Shown: positions 60,690 through 64,000 of the stretch, one piece after another | Position numbering within the stretch: the stretch's first letter is position 1 | Layout: each line of letters starts with the position of its first letter | NCBI GenBank assembly: GCA_964016885.1 | Contig: OZ024746.1 | Span: 82,770,001-82,834,000, forward strand | DNA length: 64,000 bases | Direction of reading: 5' to 3' | Source of the DNA: Eledone cirrhosa | Taxonomy: Eukaryota | Made by a program: the position numbers and the translations under genes | The notes under the pieces: model-generated | What the model saw: the letters and a program-made list of their open reading frames with translations, nothing else | Told to the model about the DNA's origin: nothing | Database searches by the model: none

Positions 60690-62789
60690 TTACCGTATTT
60701 TTGGTAGAGGAGGGATGGTTTTTACATCCCTTTTCACTTGATCGTCTGGTGAAGGGACCGTTGAATCGTCCCTTCGGCTGGTCGTCGGCTCTTCTAAGAG
60801 AATGTCTGAATATACTCTTCGATTAATGGTTCCTCCTAGGTCCCTGAAATCACCAACTGCGTTGGGGAATTTCGTTTTAATGTTTGTGTATTGTTTCTGT
60901 GCTATTTTTAGCAGTCTTATGTTAGTTGGCGTTTTGATTGGTGCTGGTATTATGTAGTCCTGTTGTGAAATGTCTGTGTGTTCAATTATGTAAGTCATTA
61001 GTTTCTTGTTGTGTGTGTTTATTGCCGTGCATTTGTTTTTCTGGGGGTGGGGTGTGGTTCTGCTATTTTCTTGTCGTTGTTGCTGGGTGTGTGTGTTTTG
61101 TTGTTGTGTTTGCGATGTTGGTGCTTGTGGTGGTGGTGTTGAAGGTGTTGTTGGCGGTGGGGTTGTCGCCGGTGGTGATGGTGGTGCTGGTGTGGGTGGT
61201 GATGGTGTTGGTGGTGTTGCTGCTGTGGGTCTCTTTGCAGTAGACTTTACCCTTTTCTCATTTCTTTCCTCCCTTTTCAAAGGCGACGATGCGCTGCTTC
61301 TGCGTTTGTGCCTTCTTGAGACCTTTTGCCATCCCTCTCCCACCTCACACTCCATGTCTGATTCTGTAAGGTCGGGGAGGGGTACCAGCTCCACTCTTTC
61401 ACTTGTTGTTGTTGGTGATGTTTGCACTGGAGTCTCTGTTGCAGCTGCATTTGGTATTGCTGTTGTTGTTGTTAATATTTCCACTGCTGCTGCTGTCTTT
61501 GATTTCCGTGGAGTGGGTATGGGTGCCACGGACCTATCGTTCCTGGTTGCCGCTTGTCCTGTTGCTGGTAGCCGTGGAACCGGATTCGGGAGGAGGGGGG
61601 TTTTCTCCTTTCTCAGGGTCTTCTCGTTGCAGAAGGCCCTGAGGTGAGTCTTCGATCCACAGCGAAAGCATTTCGGGCGTTTGCCCTCAACACTTATGGG
61701 CAGTTGAGTGCCGTTATCGAAGTCTATCACATCCGGGATAGCTTCGATGCACTCCTGGTTGGTTTGTATTAGCATCTCAATGGAGGAGCCGACCCAATCT
61801 TCTCTTACTTTTTTCTGTACTTGCAGTACAGTTGTTTTGTCCTCGATTCCGACGAGGACAGACGCGGCCAGCCAAGAAGGGGTCATTCCGGGGGGGACGT
61901 GGGTCAGTTTGACCCTCACAATTTTTTGCCCGCAGTAGGAGGGCACCAACACCATTTCCTCGCTCCTTAGGGTCACTACTGATTGGGCCTTTGCCTCCTG
62001 GGGTGTGGCAAAAAGTACGTCTACGGTGGCGTATTTTTTGCCTCGGGTGATGTGCGTTTTCCTCTGCCACACAGACCCCAAGGCTTTTTGTATTTGGGCC
62101 TCTGTGGCTCTTTCCACCCTACGGGATTTTGTACTTACTGTACGGTACGTGACCGTACAGTGCTCTTGGGTTTCGAAAAAATTTTTCGCTGCCTTGCAGA
62201 TTGCTCGGTGTCCGTTCTTTGTCACCATCTTCTTCGCTTCCTCTAATTCCTCATTTGTTATGAGGATTGTTTCCAGGTTTTTCGCAATACCTGCAAATGA
62301 GATTGGTTTTTCTCTGCTGTTGTTGTTGTCGTCAGAGCTGCTGGTACTTTTGTTGTTGCTGCAGGTACTACGACTACTGCCTCCGCCGCTGTTGCTGTGG
62401 TTGTTGTTGGTGTTGCTGCTGCTAATGGTGTTGTTGTTTATGCTGCTGGTGATGCTGTTGCGGCTGCTACTGTTGTTTTCATTGTCACTGTTGCTGTTGT
62501 TATTACGGCTGCTACTGCTATTATTCCTGACGTCAGACGAATGAACTGGGTTTTCGTATTTCCCGCACACCTGTTTCGTCGCTGTCGTCGTCGTCGTGGA
62601 GAAACCTTGCACGCTTTGCACGAGACTTTTCTTTTCTTTCGTCGCTTGCGAAAGAGAAGGTAGGGAGAGAGACACATTTAAAGAAGGGAGGGAGAGAGAC
62701 AATCTTCTCTCTCCTGTAGTGATGATTGAGGAAGAAGAAGACGGAATGAGTGGGAGTGACGTATGAAATTTTTTTTTTTTGGTAGCCAT
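60690..62789 (-). CDS. ORF1: gag-like nucleic-acid-binding protein with one CCHC zinc knuckle (~699 aa from the first ATG)
   Basis: Directly upstream of ORF2 on the same strand. CFRCGSKTHLRAFC fits CX2CX4HX4C (61629-61670). It has an N/S-rich N-terminal tract and a P/T-rich linker. The first ATG is at 62789 (MATKKKK); the track's start at 62822 is a TTG. Confidence 0.9.
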   Translation of the reverse strand: MATKKKKFHTSLPLIPSSSSSIITTGERRLSLSLPSLNVSLSLPSLSQATKEKKSLVQSVQGFSTTTTTATKQVCGKYENPVHSSDVRNNSSSSRNNNSNSDNENNSSSRNSITSSINNNTISSSNTNNNHSNSGGGSSRSTCSNNKSTSSSDDNNNSREKPISFAGIAKNLETILITNEELEEAKKMVTKNGHRAICKAAKNFFETQEHCTVTYRTVSTKSRRVERATEAQIQKALGSVWQRKTHITRGKKYATVDVLFATPQEAKAQSVVTLRSEEMVLVPSYCGQKIVRVKLTHVPPGMTPSWLAASVLVGIEDKTTVLQVQKKVREDWVGSSIEMLIQTNQECIEAIPDVIDFDNGTQLPISVEGKRPKCFRCGSKTHLRAFCNEKTLRKEKTPLLPNPVPRLPATGQAATRNDRSVAPIPTPRKSKTAAAVEILTTTTAIPNAAATETPVQTSPTTTSERVELVPLPDLTESDMECEVGEGWQKVSRRHKRRSSASSPLKREERNEKRVKSTAKRPTAATPPTPSPPTPAPPSPPATTPPPTTPSTPPPQAPTSQTQQQNTHTQQQRQENSRTTPHPQKNKCTAINTHNKKLMTYIIEHTDISQQDYIIPAPIKTPTNIRLLKIAQKQYTNIKTKFPNAVGDFRDLGGTINRRVYSDILLEEPTTSRRDDSTVPSPDDQVKRDVKTIPPLPKIR

Positions 62790-63002
62790 GTTTTTTTGTT
62801 TAAAATGAAATTTTGGGTACAAAACCCCAATAACTGGCTATTTAACCCCGAAGGGCCAAATAACGGACAGAAAGACCCCTCTCACGAGGAGGAGGGTGTC
62901 TTTATCAACAATTTGGTTCAAGTTTTAAACAATTTACAATTGTTTTAACGGTTAAAAATTACTATACCTTACAGAGCCGAGCCTCCGTCAACCATGGCAT
63001 TC

Positions 63003-63037
<35 letters not shown>

Positions 63038-63488
63038 TAATAATAAAGATAATGATAGTAATAACAATAGTAATAATAATAATAAAAATAATGATAATAG
63101 GATAATAAAAACATATAACATTTATTACACAGGCAAATTTAATATGTGCATATTTTTAATTTACTGATACAAACTATAAACGAAACATAGTCTTTTTGTT
63201 TTGTTTTGTTCTCACCAACATATTTTCAATGGTTAATTAGATTTCAAATTTTCCTAATGCATACGTTTTCCAATATGTTTATTAATAAGGTTTAAAATAT
63301 CTCTTATTTAGCGTCTCCTATTTAAAAACAAATCCTCAGTACATACAAAGTTCATATCTAAACTTAATCAAAATGTTTCTTTGAAATTAGTTTTCGAATG
63401 CATTCAATCCAAGCAAACAAATATTTTTGTTTTCACTTTATTATTTGCGCATAATCTGCAATATACATACGTTTATATATACATGTGT

Positions 63489-63576
<88 letters not shown>

Positions 63577-63627
63577 TATATATATATATATAAATATATA
63601 TATATATACATATATATTTATATGGAT

Positions 63628-63662
<35 letters not shown>

Positions 63663-63900
63663 CACACACATATATATATATAAATATATATATATAAATA
63701 TATATGTATATACATATATATGTATATATATATATATATATATAGAGATATATATATATGTGTATATATGCATGTATATATATATATATATAATATACAT
63801 ACACACACACACACATACATACACACATATATATATATATATATAAAATATATATATAAATCTATGTATATATATAAATATATATATATGTATGTGTTTG

Positions 63901-63931
<31 letters not shown>

Positions 63932-64000
63932 GGGATGAAATATAAAGTCGAATATAACGAGAGAAAGTTGAACATATACATTATTAGTATAGATGTACAT

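Larger units (their letters stand above)
56972..63002 (-). mobile_element. Full-length L1/Tx1-clade non-LTR retrotransposon (5'UTR-ORF1-ORF2-3'UTR) inserted in an (ATT)n/(AAT)n microsatellite
   Basis: Two long uninterrupted ORFs in tandem on the minus strand with a 35-nt spacer. The 3' end reads (minus) tggttAATAAAgaaatc followed by (ATT)n. An (AAT)n tract also abuts the 5' end at 63003. GC and CpG content are much higher than in the flanks. Confidence 0.95.

Noticed and set aside
57184-62663. Plus-strand and alternative-frame ORFs overlapping the retrotransposon
   Set aside because: Shadow ORFs of GC-rich coding sequence with no recognisable motifs.
62871-62903. HDV-like ribozyme suggested by a TCCTCGT loop in the Tx1 5'UTR
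   Set aside because: P3, P1.1 and P2 could not be assembled by eye; reported only as hairpins.

Overview
AT-rich, microsatellite-saturated eukaryotic intergenic or intronic DNA. The SINE families and repeat landscape suggest an octopod cephalopod (inference). No host protein-coding exon could be supported; most ORFs in the track are microsatellite artefacts. The only intact coding unit is a ~6.0-kb, apparently full-length L1/Tx1-type non-LTR retrotransposon on the minus strand (56972-63002). Its ORF1 has a CCHC knuckle and its ORF2 has APE endonuclease, RT and zinc-finger domains; it sits inside an (ATT)n microsatellite. A 5'-truncated relative with the same 3' terminus sits inside a different microsatellite, (CTAT)n, at 36280-36668. 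The window also holds several short palindromic (fold-back) elements next to (TA)n tracts. Two of them contain complete type-I hammerhead ribozyme folds of the kind found in Penelope-like elements (10677-10992 and 43388-43609). Also present: non-autonomous RTE-like elements in (CATA)n, decayed CRE-, hATm- and Tc1/mariner-type remnants, several MITEs, many tRNA-derived SINEs, minisatellites and a 200-N scaffold gap. Boundaries of decayed elements were estimated by eye.
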